From the NCBI GenBank assembly GCA_050273025.1, contig CP158636.1, forward strand, positions 2,604,001 through 2,668,000: a DNA stretch of 64,000 nucleotides, given 5' to 3'. Origin of the DNA: Cenococcum geophilum. Lineage: Eukaryota. Position 1 is the first letter of the stretch, and each line of letters begins with the position of its first letter. Positions 1 through 12,100 of this stretch are shown here, one piece after another. A program made the position numbers and the translations under genes. The notes beneath the pieces are model-generated. The model saw nothing but the letters and a program-made list of their open reading frames with translations. It did not search any database and was not told the DNA's origin.

Positions 1-970
1 AGCCATCTTTATTATATACTCCCATCGGTTAAGCCATTAGGTAATTTTTGCCTGCTTAAAACCCTTAAGCGAATCTATATATTATAGCTATACCTTCCTT
101 ATTATAAAGTTCCTTAAGGGCTTAGTGTTTTCTTTTAACTAAGTCAGCTATTCCTTAACTATAAGGGAAGGGTCGAGCAGTAGCTTCTTCTGAATTAATA
201 TTATGGACGTAATCTAGGTACGGATCTGTTAGAGATAATCTTCCTATCTTAGGAAATACTTTATATCCTAGTTGTAGTATCGTCTACTATTCTTATACGC
301 TTTCTATTAATTCGTCGAGAGCTGTATATATAAGGTTGCATTCTTATTAAAATCTATAACTTTTAGATAAGGTAGTTCTTATAGTAGACCTTATTAAGGT
401 GCTTCCTTAGTAGGGCTAACGTGGGCCTAAATTCATTTATCTATAAGGGCTTATAGTTGCCAGATCTATTGCTCCCAGTCTTCTAGCTTATTAAGGATAA
501 TTATAGTAGACAAACTCAACGTTGGTGGAGTTATTTTGGCTAATAGGCATATAGGTATTAAGATGGAATTCGTTATTAGGATCGTCCTTAACGATAGGGT
601 TAAGTCTTGTGGAATCTCGTGGAATCTCATATAAGGATCGTCCTTTGACGATTAAGGTAGGATTCTGTTAGAGTCTGCGTCCTTAATGATAAGGTGTTAA
701 AGTCTAACGATAAGGTAGAATTTCTTTAAATGATTAAGTAATAGCTAAATAGCTTCTTAAGTCGGCGGACTAGGCTTATAACTGTCACGAAACTCGTATT
801 AAGCTGTTTATTAATGAAAATGGGTTGATTGATTGATGATCTTGTCTTGAGGTTGATTTGATCTTAAACCTAGGGCCCTCGGGCCAAGATGAAGAGGTTT
901 ACAATGCACGTGACTCGTGCACGTGACTCGTGCACGGTCTACGCTATTAGAGAATACAGATTATCTGACA
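1..970 (-). mobile_element. 5' end of a RIP-mutated Ty1/copia LTR retrotransposon running off the left edge (5' LTR 783-970)
   Basis: TGTCA...TGACA-bounded 188-bp segment. On the minus strand it is followed by (A)GTTATAAGCCT, a RIP version of the GGTTATGAGCCC PBS region of fungal copia elements. The LTR is similar to the one at 59982-60165 attached to copia RT/RNase H. Internal sequence is TpA-rich and stop-ridden. Confidence 0.75.
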
Positions 971-1799
971 GGGGTTAGCTAATATGGCGGAAAGCTGGCC
1001 CCAGGCCCCAAAATCACTTTTAGCGAAACCAAATTTCGTGCGCCACCTCCCGTTTTCCTGACGTCACTTTAATAGACGGGTAGTCCTTTATTATCCCTTC
1101 TTTTGGTCTTATAAAAAGGACGCTGTTAATAATAAGGATATTGTTCTAAGGCTTAGACCAGAGCTGGTATATCCAGAGGCAAGAGAGGTTATTAGGCAAG
1201 AAAGTTGTTACAAACGCTTTAAGTACAATGCTATAACTACTTAGAAAGGAGTCGGAAGAAGCTAGTTAGTTAATATAAGCACGGTCTAGAATAGAACCCG
1301 TGGAACTATATGACGAGAAATAGTAAGCAGAGTTACGTGATATAATCTATATAATCTATATAATCTACAAGATCTATAATAGAGTAAACAGAGTAGATAG
1401 AGTAGATAGAGCAACGACTTTCTTAGGAGTATAGTTGTGTATTTAAGGACCCTTAGTCCCTACCTAGATAGTTCATCGGCAAAATATGGTACCCTTTAAA
1501 TGGCCTCAATGGTTGGTGGTTGACGCAATTGGCGCGCAGTTGAGGGCATTTGGCAACTCGACCGACTAGCCTATATTGTGTTTTTTTGACACGCAGCCTA
1601 CGCGTAGCTTGCGCGTAACCTGCGCGTAACCTACGCGCAACCTGCTAGCAATCTACGTATTTGGTAACTATAATTATATTTACCTCTTTTATACTAATAA
1701 TATATTTTAAATAAATAAAAGCTATTTTAAAGCTATTTATAAGGCTAGCAAAATAAATATTATTATTTTAGATAATTTAATATAATATAGCGATGGTTC

Positions 1800-2210
1800 T
1801 CTTCTACCTATCTACCTATTGACTTACCTACCTGCCTGCATCGCCTACCTATTTACATCGCTTACCTATCTATATTTACCTATCTGCATTTACCTACCTA
1901 TCTATATCTACCTACCTATCTATATTTACCTACCTGTTAGTATCTACCTACCTATTTATATCTACTTACCTATCTATATCTACCTACCTGTTTATATCTA
2001 CTTATCTATATCTACCTACCTATCTATATCTGCTTACCCGTTAATATCTACCTATCTATCTATATTTACTTACCTATCTATATTTACTTACCTATCTATA
2101 TCTACCTACCTATCTATATCTGCTTACCTGTCTATATCTACCTACCTATCTATATCTACCTACCCGTTAGTATTTACCTATTTATACCTACCTGTTTATA
2201 TTACCTTAAT
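1800..2210. repeat. Degenerate TACCTATC/TATATC low-complexity tandem array
   Basis: Repeated TACCTACCTATCTATATC-like ~18-bp units; source of the spurious ORF 1819-2214. Confidence 0.9.
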
Positions 2211-2257
2211 TTAATTAATCGATTAAATCGTTTATAGTGTTAGCTGGCTAGTTGTTA

Positions 2258-3750
2258 TCGTCTAGCTCTGGCGACGGTTGTTTGGTTCTAGCGACGGTTG
2301 TCTAGTTCTGGCGATAGTTGTCTAGCTCTGGCAACGGTCGTCTAGTTCTGGTAACGGTTATCTGGTTTTGGCGACGGTCGTCTAGTTCTAGTAACGGTCG
2401 TCTAGCTGGCGACGGTCATCTAGTTCTGGCGACAGTTATCTGATTCTGGCGACGGTCGTCTAGTTCTGGTAACGGTCGTCTAGCTAGCGACGGTTGTCTG
2501 GTTCTGGCGATGATCGTCTGGCTCTGGCAACGGTCGTCTAGTTCTGGTAACGGTCGTCTGGCTGGCGACTGATGAACTGGATCTGAGGATAAAGAATGAA
2601 TATGAATCTATCTACGACGAATATAGGCCTTTATATAGGCCTATACCTACGGAGTCATAAGTGGTTGCTTACGGACGTCGTCCAAAAAGGAACCAAAGGG
2701 AATCTGCTTATGTAAGCAGGCAACGAACGTGGAGGACTCTTCCAGAACCATCGTCAGCGACGGTCGTCTGGTTCTGGCGACGATCGTCTGGCTCTGGCAA
2801 CGGTCGTCTGGTTCTAGTAACGGTCGTCTAGCTGGCGACGGTCGTCTAGTTCTGGCGACGGTCGTCTGGCTCTGGCAACGGTCGTCTGGTTCTGGCGACG
2901 GTCGTCTAGCTCTGGCAACGGTCGTCTGGTTCTGGCGACGGTCGTCTAGCTCTGGCAACGGTCGTCTGGTTCTGGTAACGGTCGTCTGGTTCTAGCGACA
3001 GTCGTCTGGTTCTAGCGACGGTCGTCTGGTTCTGGTGACAGTCGTCTGGTTCTAGCGACGGTCGTCTGGCTTTGGCAACGGTTGTCTGGTTCTAGTAACG
3101 GTCGTCTGGCTAGCGACGGTCGTCTGGTTCTGGCGACGGTCGTCTGGTTCTGGTAACGGTCGTCTGGCTGGCGACGGTCGTCTGGTTCTGGCGACGGTCG
3201 TCTGGCTCTGGCAACGGTCGTCTGGTTCTGGCGACGGTCGTCTGGCTCTGGCAATGGTTGTCTGGTTCTGGTAACGGTCGTCTGGTTCTGGCGACAGTCG
3301 TCTGGTTCTGGCGACAGTCGTCTGGTTCTGGCGACAGTCGTCTGGTTCTGGCGACGGTCGTCTAGTTCTAGTGACAGTCGTCTGGTTCTAGCGACGGTCG
3401 TCTGGCTCTGGCAACGGTCGTCTGGTTCTGGTAATAGTCGTCTGGCTAGTAACGGTTGTCTGGTTCTGGCGACGGTCGTCTGGTTCTAGTAACGGTTATC
3501 TGGCTAGTAACGGTCGTCTAGTTCTGGCGACAGTTGTCTAGTTCTAGTAACGGTCGTCTGGCTAGCGATAGTTGTCTGGTTCTGGTAATAGTCGTCTGGC
3601 TAGCGACGGTCGTCTGGTTCTGGCGATGATTGTCTAGCTTTGGCAACGGTTATCTAGTTCTAGCGACGGTTGTCTGGCTGGCGATAGTTGTCTGGTTCTG
3701 GTAATGGTTATCTAGTTTTAGCGACGGTCGTCTAGTTCTAGCAACGGTCC
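2258..3750. repeat. 20-bp minisatellite (GGCGACGGTCGTCTGGTTCT)n with shorter variants
   Basis: Dozens of visible units; variants are mostly G>A and C>T transitions; interrupted by a solo LTR at 2570-2756. Confidence 0.95.
2570..2756. mobile_element. Solo LTR (187 bp) inside the 20-bp minisatellite
   Basis: Starts TGATGA and ends TCGTCA. Flanked by 5-bp TSD GCGAC (2565-2569, 2757-2761). Contains TATATAAA on the minus strand inside the TATAGGCCT/AGGCCTATA inverted repeat. Confidence 0.85.
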
Positions 3751-3880
3751 TCTACTGGCTGCCGTTCTAGTGCCTCCCTAGGTAGGGAGGATATAAAGAA
3801 GGAAGGAAGGGTAAAAAATAAGGTGGCTATATAGGGTAGAGGCACGTGTAGAGGCTATTAGGAATATAGCGGGGACCCGA

Positions 3881-4312
3881 TGTAGAGCTTCGTGTAGAGC
3901 CTCTATACGCAGAGCTTTGCGCAGAGCCTCGTGCAGAGCCTCTGTACGCAGAGCTTCTCGCAGAGCCTCGTGCAGAGCCTTTGTACGCAGAGCTTCGCGC
4001 AGACCCTCGCGTAGACCCTCGCGCAGAGCCTCGTGCAGAGCTTTATGCAGAGCTTCGCGCAGAGCCTCGTGCAGAGCTTCGTGCAGAGCTTCGTGCAGAG
4101 CCTCTATACGCAGAGCTTCGTGTAGAGCCTCGTGTAGAGCCTTATGTAAAGCTTCGTGCAGAGCTTTATGCAGAGCCTCTATGCGCAGAGCTTTGTGCAG
4201 AGCCTCTATACGCAGAGCTTCGTGTAGAGCTTTGTGTAGAGCCTTTATGCGTAGAGCTTCGTATAGAGCCTCTGTACGTAGAGCTTTGTGTAGAGCCTCG
4301 TGTAGAGCCTCC
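3881..4312. repeat. 12/15-bp minisatellite (GCAGAGCTTCGT)n
   Basis: Visible tandem units; minus frame reads (EALH/EALR)n; the same unit occurs at 45520-47925. Confidence 0.95.
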
Positions 4313-4398
4313 AAGTAATAAGACTATAAGATTGTATGAGATTGTATAAGATTGTATAAGATTATATATAATAGTTAAATATATAGTATATAACTTTA

Positions 4399-4705
4399 CC
4401 TTAATCGCACGTTAAGAAATATACAGTTAGCTTTTAAAGTTGTTATGTAGGTTAACTGCGTATTAAAGGATATACAGTTAGCTTTTAAAGTTATTAAGTA
4501 GGTTAACTGCATATTAAGTAGATTAACTATGTATTAAGTTAGTTAAATTATATGTTAAGTAGGTTAACTGCGTATTAAGTTAGTTAAATTGCATATTAAG
4601 TAGGTTAACTACGTGTTGAGTTAGTTAAATTGTATATTAAGTAGGTTAACTGCGTGTTAAGTTAGTCAATTGCGTGTCAAGTTGGTTAAATTGCATGTCA
4701 ATTAC
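4399..4705. repeat. ~21-bp subterminal tandem repeat (AGGTTAACTGCGTGTTAAGT-like)
   Basis: About a dozen degenerate units; the reverse complement matches TTGACACGCA / TTGACGCAATT near the left end of the TIR element. Confidence 0.8.
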
Positions 4706-7700
4706 GCGAAACGCGAAAACCAAAGTCTACTTAAATCTCATCCTGCGAATATTTTCCCGATGTTCCTTCCTTATAGTAATTCTTAGAATATAATTAAAGT
4801 TAATCTGTTAGGCAACCACTCTACCAGTTATTATTACGTTATTAACTACTATTTTTATATTTCCTATACACCTAGCTTATTAATAGAACCCATTATAGTT
4901 ACTACTATAAGGTTCCGTTATACAATTACTACCTAGTTACAGTATTAAATATAGGAAGTTAAATAATATTCCACTAAAAGCAGCCACCACAACGCCATTA
5001 ACGGCGGCAACTACTTTAAGGTTAGGGGGTAATACTAATATAGCGGACACTGACTCGCAACAACCTATAACGGTAGGACAATTATAGGAAATAATTAACT
5101 AGTTAACAGAAAACAATATAGTATTTAAAAATAAGATTAACGGGATAAGCGTAGTAAAGGTTAAGTTACTATTAATTAAAAGATTCTTAGGAAAGAGATT
5201 AAAGCTTAAAGGATTCCTTATATAAATACACTTTAAGGTAGTATAGGAGGGAGTAAAGCTAGTAATACCTATAGATCAAATAGCGTATATAGGACTATTC
5301 TTAACAAAAAGGGCACTTAAATGGTTTAAGCCTTACCTTATAAAAATATAGGTAAACGGAATAATAACTATAAACTAAGAAGTACGGCTTATGTTTTTAA
5401 GTTAGGACGGATTTGTGGAACAACTTATATAAATATTTAAAGACCTAGAGGCAACAACTACTATAGTAGAAAAAAAACTCTAAGATATTATATAGCAAAC
5501 CTTAGCAATTAAGTATATAATATAGTTTTAAACACTAGCAATATAAGTTAAGTAGAATAATAAGGCGCTTATAGCATAGTATAAGCAAGGACTTAAGGCT
5601 AAAGTCTAGGATATAATTATTCTAATAGAAAATACGGATACCCTAAGGGAACTAATAGATTAAGCGATAAAGATTAATAATAGGATTTACTAAAGGGAAT
5701 AGACTAAGAGAGGTTAGGATAAAGTTCTATAGTTATATAAGGTATAGAGTATATAATAACTAAAGCTAAGTTAGAAACTATAGTATGGCGTAAAGCTAAT
5801 AGACCTAAGTAGTATAAAAGAAGCCTATAAGAGATAGAGTAAGAAACTATAGAAACCTAAAGGTTAAGGATTAAGTAATTATAGGACTAGGAAGTATAGG
5901 CTAAACTAAGAATCTTAGTAGTAGAAGATATTTAAACGGACTCTATAACAGAAGCAATGGTTTAAAGATAGAGCTTATATAAATTATAAAAAATAGGGTT
6001 ATTTCGCTAGAGACTATAAAAGTGGTTAGAGTTATTATATAGTAAAAAAAACTAGACTAGTAGTATATAACATAGATATATAAAGGGATAATAGTATACT
6101 ATAAGGAACAAAAGAATGTTTAATTAAAAGTTTTACGTTTTATTATAATAATATATACCAAATTTATAAAGACGCTAAGTACGGTATAAGCTATTAGCTA
6201 TAAGAGTTAGAGTTAAAAAGACTTAAAGGAACTAAAGAGTTAGATAAAGAATAAGATTAACTCTATAAGCTAGATTAAAATATTACAGCAATATACGGAT
6301 AAAGATTAGTAATAATAATAAAGTTAGAGTACTTATTAATTAACAGTAATAAGGATAGTAAAGGAACTAACTAGGGGTATCTAAACCTTAATAACGCAAT
6401 AAAAGTAGAGACTAAGACCGCTATAGAGCAAGGTTTAGTAACGGGTATTATAACACTATTAGATATAGCATCTATCGCTTTATAAGACGGAAGGAGTAAT
6501 ATTTAGAGATAATTAAGTAAGTAGACAACTGCTAGTGCTAGCTTACCACTTAATAAAGGTAAAAGGCCAAAGGCTTAAAATTCTTAAGATGAGATAAGAA
6601 ATAACTAAGATTCTTAAGATAAAATAAGGTATACTTAAGGACCTATAATAGACAAAAACCAATAGGATAGAGTAATAGCTTAGTTTAGCAATATATAAAT
6701 AAGCTTAGGATAAAGTTTCCTAAAGGTATAAAACTCTTAAGATAAGATAAGTAAGATCTAGGACTCTTAAGATAAGATAAGAATACTAGTAAAGCCTAGT
6801 TAAACTAAGGCTAGAGCGTAGCTTAAGAAAGAAGTAAGCTTAGGGTTAAAGAATCTAAGGGGTTAAGAATTTAGAGTATAAATAAGGACACCCATAAGAA
6901 AGAAGCAAGAGATTTTACTATAAATTAGAGAATCTATAGTATAAATAGCAGTTAAATTAGGAGACAGATATATAAACCTAGAAGACTTACTAGGCAAACA
7001 TAGTATTTAACCTAAAAATTAAAGAGTTAATATAGCAATTAAGAAGCAAGAGAACTTTAAGGATTTAATTATAAGACGTAAATAACAAGAAACCATAAAT
7101 AAGTTTAGGGTAAGAATCCTTATATAGTAAAAAAAGAAACTAGACATAGGATCTAGTATATTAGGTCGTATAAAGGATAGATTACCTATATAAAGAATTA
7201 CTAATAGGCTAAGAGCAGGCATACTAAGAGCTAAGTAGCTTACTAAACTAGAAAATAAAGAGGATCTAGAGATTTTAACTAGGTTTAAGGAATAATATAT
7301 AAAAGGCTGTTATAATATAGTAATAAGAAGATACTTCCTTATAGACAAACCGTATACACTCTAGCAGCTATATTAAAAGTGGTATAGACAAAGATATAAC
7401 AATAAGTGGGAAGATTTCTATATATAGTTAGACGAAAAAGTTATCTAAAACCACCTAATTACGGAAAAAGCGATAAATTACATTAAGGGAGCCTTAATTA
7501 TAACGTTAAAGGATCTAAAGGAATAATTAAAGGACTAGAGAAGCGAGAAATACATCTTAGTACCTATAAATAAAGTTATAACGTTTAGATTAGTATAATA
7601 AAGGTTTAAACTTAAGAATAAAAATAAGCTAAGAGTTAACCTAAAGCACCTAGCACACTATACGCTATTATAGATAATATATATAGATAATATATATAAA

Positions 7701-9111
7701 ATATATAAGAATCTAAAGGAAAAGAATTAGAAATACCCTATAAGGATATACTAGATAATAGATAAATAATAGTATAGAAATACTAAATATATATATAAAT
7801 GGCATCCAGTAGAGGTTTAAAAGGAAGGAGACTTAATACTTTAACTAGGAAAATTCCTTACGGAAGAATGCTTAGACGGATAATAGTAGTAGGAATGCCT
7901 AGAAAATATATATCTATAGCATATTAAAGACAAGAAATAAACTAGGCATTAGCTAAAGAATAAGCTAAGCGCGATAGGATTAAGTAGCTAATAGTTAAGA
8001 AAAGTAGAGGCCTACGGGACTAAAGGGAGCTAGTAGTAGAGCCTTAGACCCTTAAAGGAATTTAAGAACAATACCTAAATTTACAAGTTAAATAGTAAGA
8101 TTAATAGTTTAAGGCATTAATAGATAGTAGAGCAATAAGGAACTATATCTTGCTAGCAGTAGTTAAAAGAATGGGGTTACCACATAGATAAAAGGAACGT
8201 CCTTACTTATTAGTAATAATTTCAGGAGATCTAATAGCCTATAGAGGAGGCATTATTAACCTTAAAACAGGACCTATTTAGATAACCATTAAGGAAAGAC
8301 GAATTAAGATATCTTTTAATATCCTACTATTAGGAAGAAATAAGGTAGTATTAGGGATGCCTTAGTTATAGGAATATAATCTAAGGATTAATTAGATTAC
8401 TAATTAAGTTAATATTAGGGATACTTAACGCCGCAAAATATAATAATAAGCTAAGTTGGTATAGTACTAGGTCGGAGCGATATATAAAAAGACTAAGTAA
8501 GGCTTAGGTTATATACTAAAGAGATACTACAAGTATAGTAAGAAACTATAGTTACTGGAAAGTAAAAAGCTGTTAGAATATATAGTATAGAACTATAAAA
8601 TAGAATTAGAACTAAGAACAAGTCCAAAGTTCCTTCCAATCTATAAGCTTATTAAAGAAGAAGGTAAAGTATTAAAAGAGTTTATCTAAGAAAACCTATA
8701 AAAGGGATATATTAGACTATTACAGTTATTAGCAGGATATTCAGTACTAATTATACTAAAGAAAAATAGTAAACTAAGGCTGTATATTAACTATAGACAG
8801 TTAAACAGCATTACTAGAAAGGATAAGTATTCTTTACCCTTAATTAGCGAAATCTAAGATAGGATTAGCAACGCGTAAATCTTTATAAAGATAGATCTAA
8901 GATAGGCGTACTATTAGATTAAAATTAAGGAAGGTAATAAATAGAAGGCAGCCTTTAAGTTAAAGGAAGAACTATATAAGCCACTAGTTATATAATTTAG
9001 GCTTATAAATGCACTAGTAACGTTTTAAAAGCATATTAACAATATATTAAAAGAACACTTAGATAAATTTGTTATAGTATACCTTAATAATATTATTATC
9101 TACTGAATAAA

Positions 9112-12100
9112 TATTGGTCACATAGGGTGACTCACTAATAACGACTACTTAAGTAGGGTTATAGTGATGTTGGTTAATAAAGCTTGTTGTTAAGAATTAG
9201 GGGGTGGGTAAGGAACCTAAGGTTCCTTACCACGCTAGTGCCGCGGCGACATGTAATGACACGTGACGACCGTTTGCCTTATTCCTAACACTAGCAACTT
9301 TTCTTTTATAGTTGCTATCTATATATACTTATAGATTGCTAATATATAAAGATACAAAGCTAAGGAAAAGAAGAAGAAGAAATAAAGGGGAAGGGGTAGT
9401 GTAGGTAGATGTACGGGTTTATGCGAAGATATTAGTTCCACTTACCGCTCTTAGCTAAGCTAATAGCGATTTTCTATCCCAGGGATAGAAAATCCTAATT
9501 AGCTAGCTTAATAAATAGCGTTAGTAGAACTCTACACCGCTACCTAAATTAATTAGGCGTAGCGCTCTTAGCAAGAATTTAACTAATTAGATAACTTTAA
9601 CCGGCGGTTAAAGTTCTGTAAGATCTTAACTTCTTTAAATTTCCCTTTTAACCTAACCTTTAACTTATATATATAGAGTATTTATATTAATAAATATCTC
9701 TAGTGCCTTATTTAGGTTTGCCTTTATTATTACATCTACTAGGTTATCTTAGCTATTAATTTATTAGATTTTAAAGAGTTCTTAACGCTTATAGGACTGC
9801 TAAAGTGCTATAATATTAATTATAAGGCGCTTCTCCTTTATGGTACTAAGCTTAATTAAATACTTATAGAGGGAATATAAGTCGGTGTATATAATTATAG
9901 GGATAATAGGAAGTTTAAGTCGATCTATAGTTATCTTAAGGGTAGTTTTAATTGCAATTGCTATATTAACTCCACTAACTATTCTATATATCTCTAACGC
10001 TAAAATACTTTAGGTAACGCGCTTGCTCTTAGTTAAGCTCTAATAAATAAGATTACTATAGATTGTAAAGTTATTCTCTCCTATAAATTTGTTCGCGATA
10101 ATAATCTTATATCCTAACTAGGAGCTAAAATCTTTATTATTTATAAACGATCTATTAATAAATACAAAAAGCTTAGCGGTAGGAAGGTTAATAGGTATAT
10201 AGAGTAATCCTTAATTAAGATAGCTTCTTTGCTAGAAAAGACGCTTATTTAGGGTAAGGATATCCTCCTTAGTTAGTTCTTAGTGTTAAGCGGCAACAGA
10301 GAGATTAAAGAAAGCTTTAGGTTAATAAATAGAAGTTATATAAGCTTTATAAGCGCGTTACTCTATATATCCTTGCTTTAGAGAATTAACGTTAATAACG
10401 TTAATCTTCTTGCCTTAACCTTTCTAGCGTAGGGTAATAGAATCCTTATTTAGGGAAATAATACATCTATTAAAGAGTAATAGTATTATTAAATTAAGTC
10501 TTTCCTTTAGCTTTACTATAAGATTTGCCTTTACTAGCTTATCTTCTTTAAGAGCTAAGAATTGGTCGTCTCCTAAGATAATTATATTATCTATTTATAT
10601 GCTAATAATTCTAAATAGAGTTTCTATAGCTATAATAAGGAAGCAGGGATTAAATATAGAAGTAGTTATTAAAAGCTTCTCTTTATAGTGCTTGCTATAA
10701 GTAGCCCACTAATAAGTTCCTACCTCTGCAATTCTATATAGTGGCTTAAGCACAACCATAATTGTATCTTCGGGATATTAGTGGCGAATTTACTCTAGAA
10801 GGTATGCTAGTATTAAGCGCTAAAGGCGTATCTCTAATTAGGTATAGGCCTAGGTAATATCTCACAAATAAACCGCTATTCTATTCTTTATTAAGGAGGG
10901 AGCTAGCGTAATAATAACTTACTAACTAGCTCGTTAAATTATAAGGGATTGCGTAAGAATTACTTCCTTACCGTTGTTATTATAACCTTAAATAACTAGC
11001 CTTAACTTCTTAAATGGGGTATTAGTAGCTTTACCCTTAATCTTATTAACTATTCTTAACTTAAAGATATAAACTCTATTAAACTTAGTAGGGTTATACT
11101 TCTTAAACTTAAAGACTCCTCTTGTAATAAGACCGTTAATCTCCTGCTTATTAGATGCTTAGAAAGGAGCTTTTAGAGTTATAATACGGCCTTCCTTTTA
11201 GAGCTGTTTTGCGAGCTTAAAGTTAGCCTTCTCTTTAGCTATTATAAAGGCTATTAACAGCTTAACTCTATTCTTAATAGCGGTAATAAGTTGCTCTTTA
11301 AAATTAATAAGGTGTTAGTGGTTTTATAATCCTTTTAGGCAACCTCTATCGCGTTATAGTTGCGGTATATCTACTATAGTTATATTAGGGTCGTAGTCGC
11401 CTTCTAGAGCACGTTAATCGTGGTTCTTCTCTAGGGTATCTCCTAGGGTATCTTCTAGGGTATTCTATAAAGGCTTAGAACTATTATCTTTATAGTAAGG
11501 CTTAATAATAGTTAAACGGAATTAAGTAGGTCTATGGGGCATCTAAAGAGTATAAGTCTAACTATTAATTGTAATAAGTTTATGTAGGCCTAACTATCCT
11601 CCCTTTTTACGCTATACGCGTACCTTAGATTAGAGTGGCAGATTAAGTGTAGTTAAGGTATTTAGGCCATTTCTTATTCCTAGTGCGTTGTTAACCTAGC
11701 GCGTAGCGTAGAGATATTATACCTCCTTTATTATCTTACGAATTGCCTTAGCTTATTACATAATAGAGGGAGATAGTGGAGAATTATTAGTTATTTAAGG
11801 GTAGGCGCTAAAGACTAGTAATGTAGGTATAAGCCTATCTAGGCTAGCGGTATTATTAATAGCCTTAACAGCTATTTATAGGATAAGCTCTTTACTAGCA
11901 CCCTTTAGTTCTAAAGAAATAATCTTATATATACGGCGTAATAGCGTATAGTATTATTCTACCTTTCCGACACTATTATATGCCTTAATAGGGACTTCCT
12001 TAACCTTAATTATTATTGCCTTTGCCTATTATTAAAACTCCATAGATAAGAAGTTCTTTTCTATATTATAAATGATTTAATTAGGGGGTCCTAGGTAGAT

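Larger units (their letters stand above)
1475..4761. mobile_element. Non-autonomous TIR element made largely of minisatellites, inserted in the 5' LTR of gypsy A
   Basis: The intact 3' LTR reads TAGATAGTTCCTTCC. Here it is split as TAGATAGTTC[ATCGGCAAAATAT...ATATTTTCCCGAT]GTTCCTTCC, giving a 13-bp TIR (1 mismatch) with TSD GTTC, or alternatively a CATCGG.. TIR with TSD TT. Inverted subterminal TTGACACGCA-type repeats occur at both ends. No transposase seen. Confidence 0.88.

Noticed and set aside
2258..3750. CRISPR-like appearance of regular repeats (also 45.5-47.9 kb)
   Set aside because: Units are head-to-tail without unique spacers, the context is eukaryotic, and no cas genes are present.
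1819..4349. ORFs with periodic sequences (YLPIYI.., RRPSPEPDD.., EALHEAL..)
   Set aside because: They are translations of minisatellites open in several frames, with no independent evidence of being genes.
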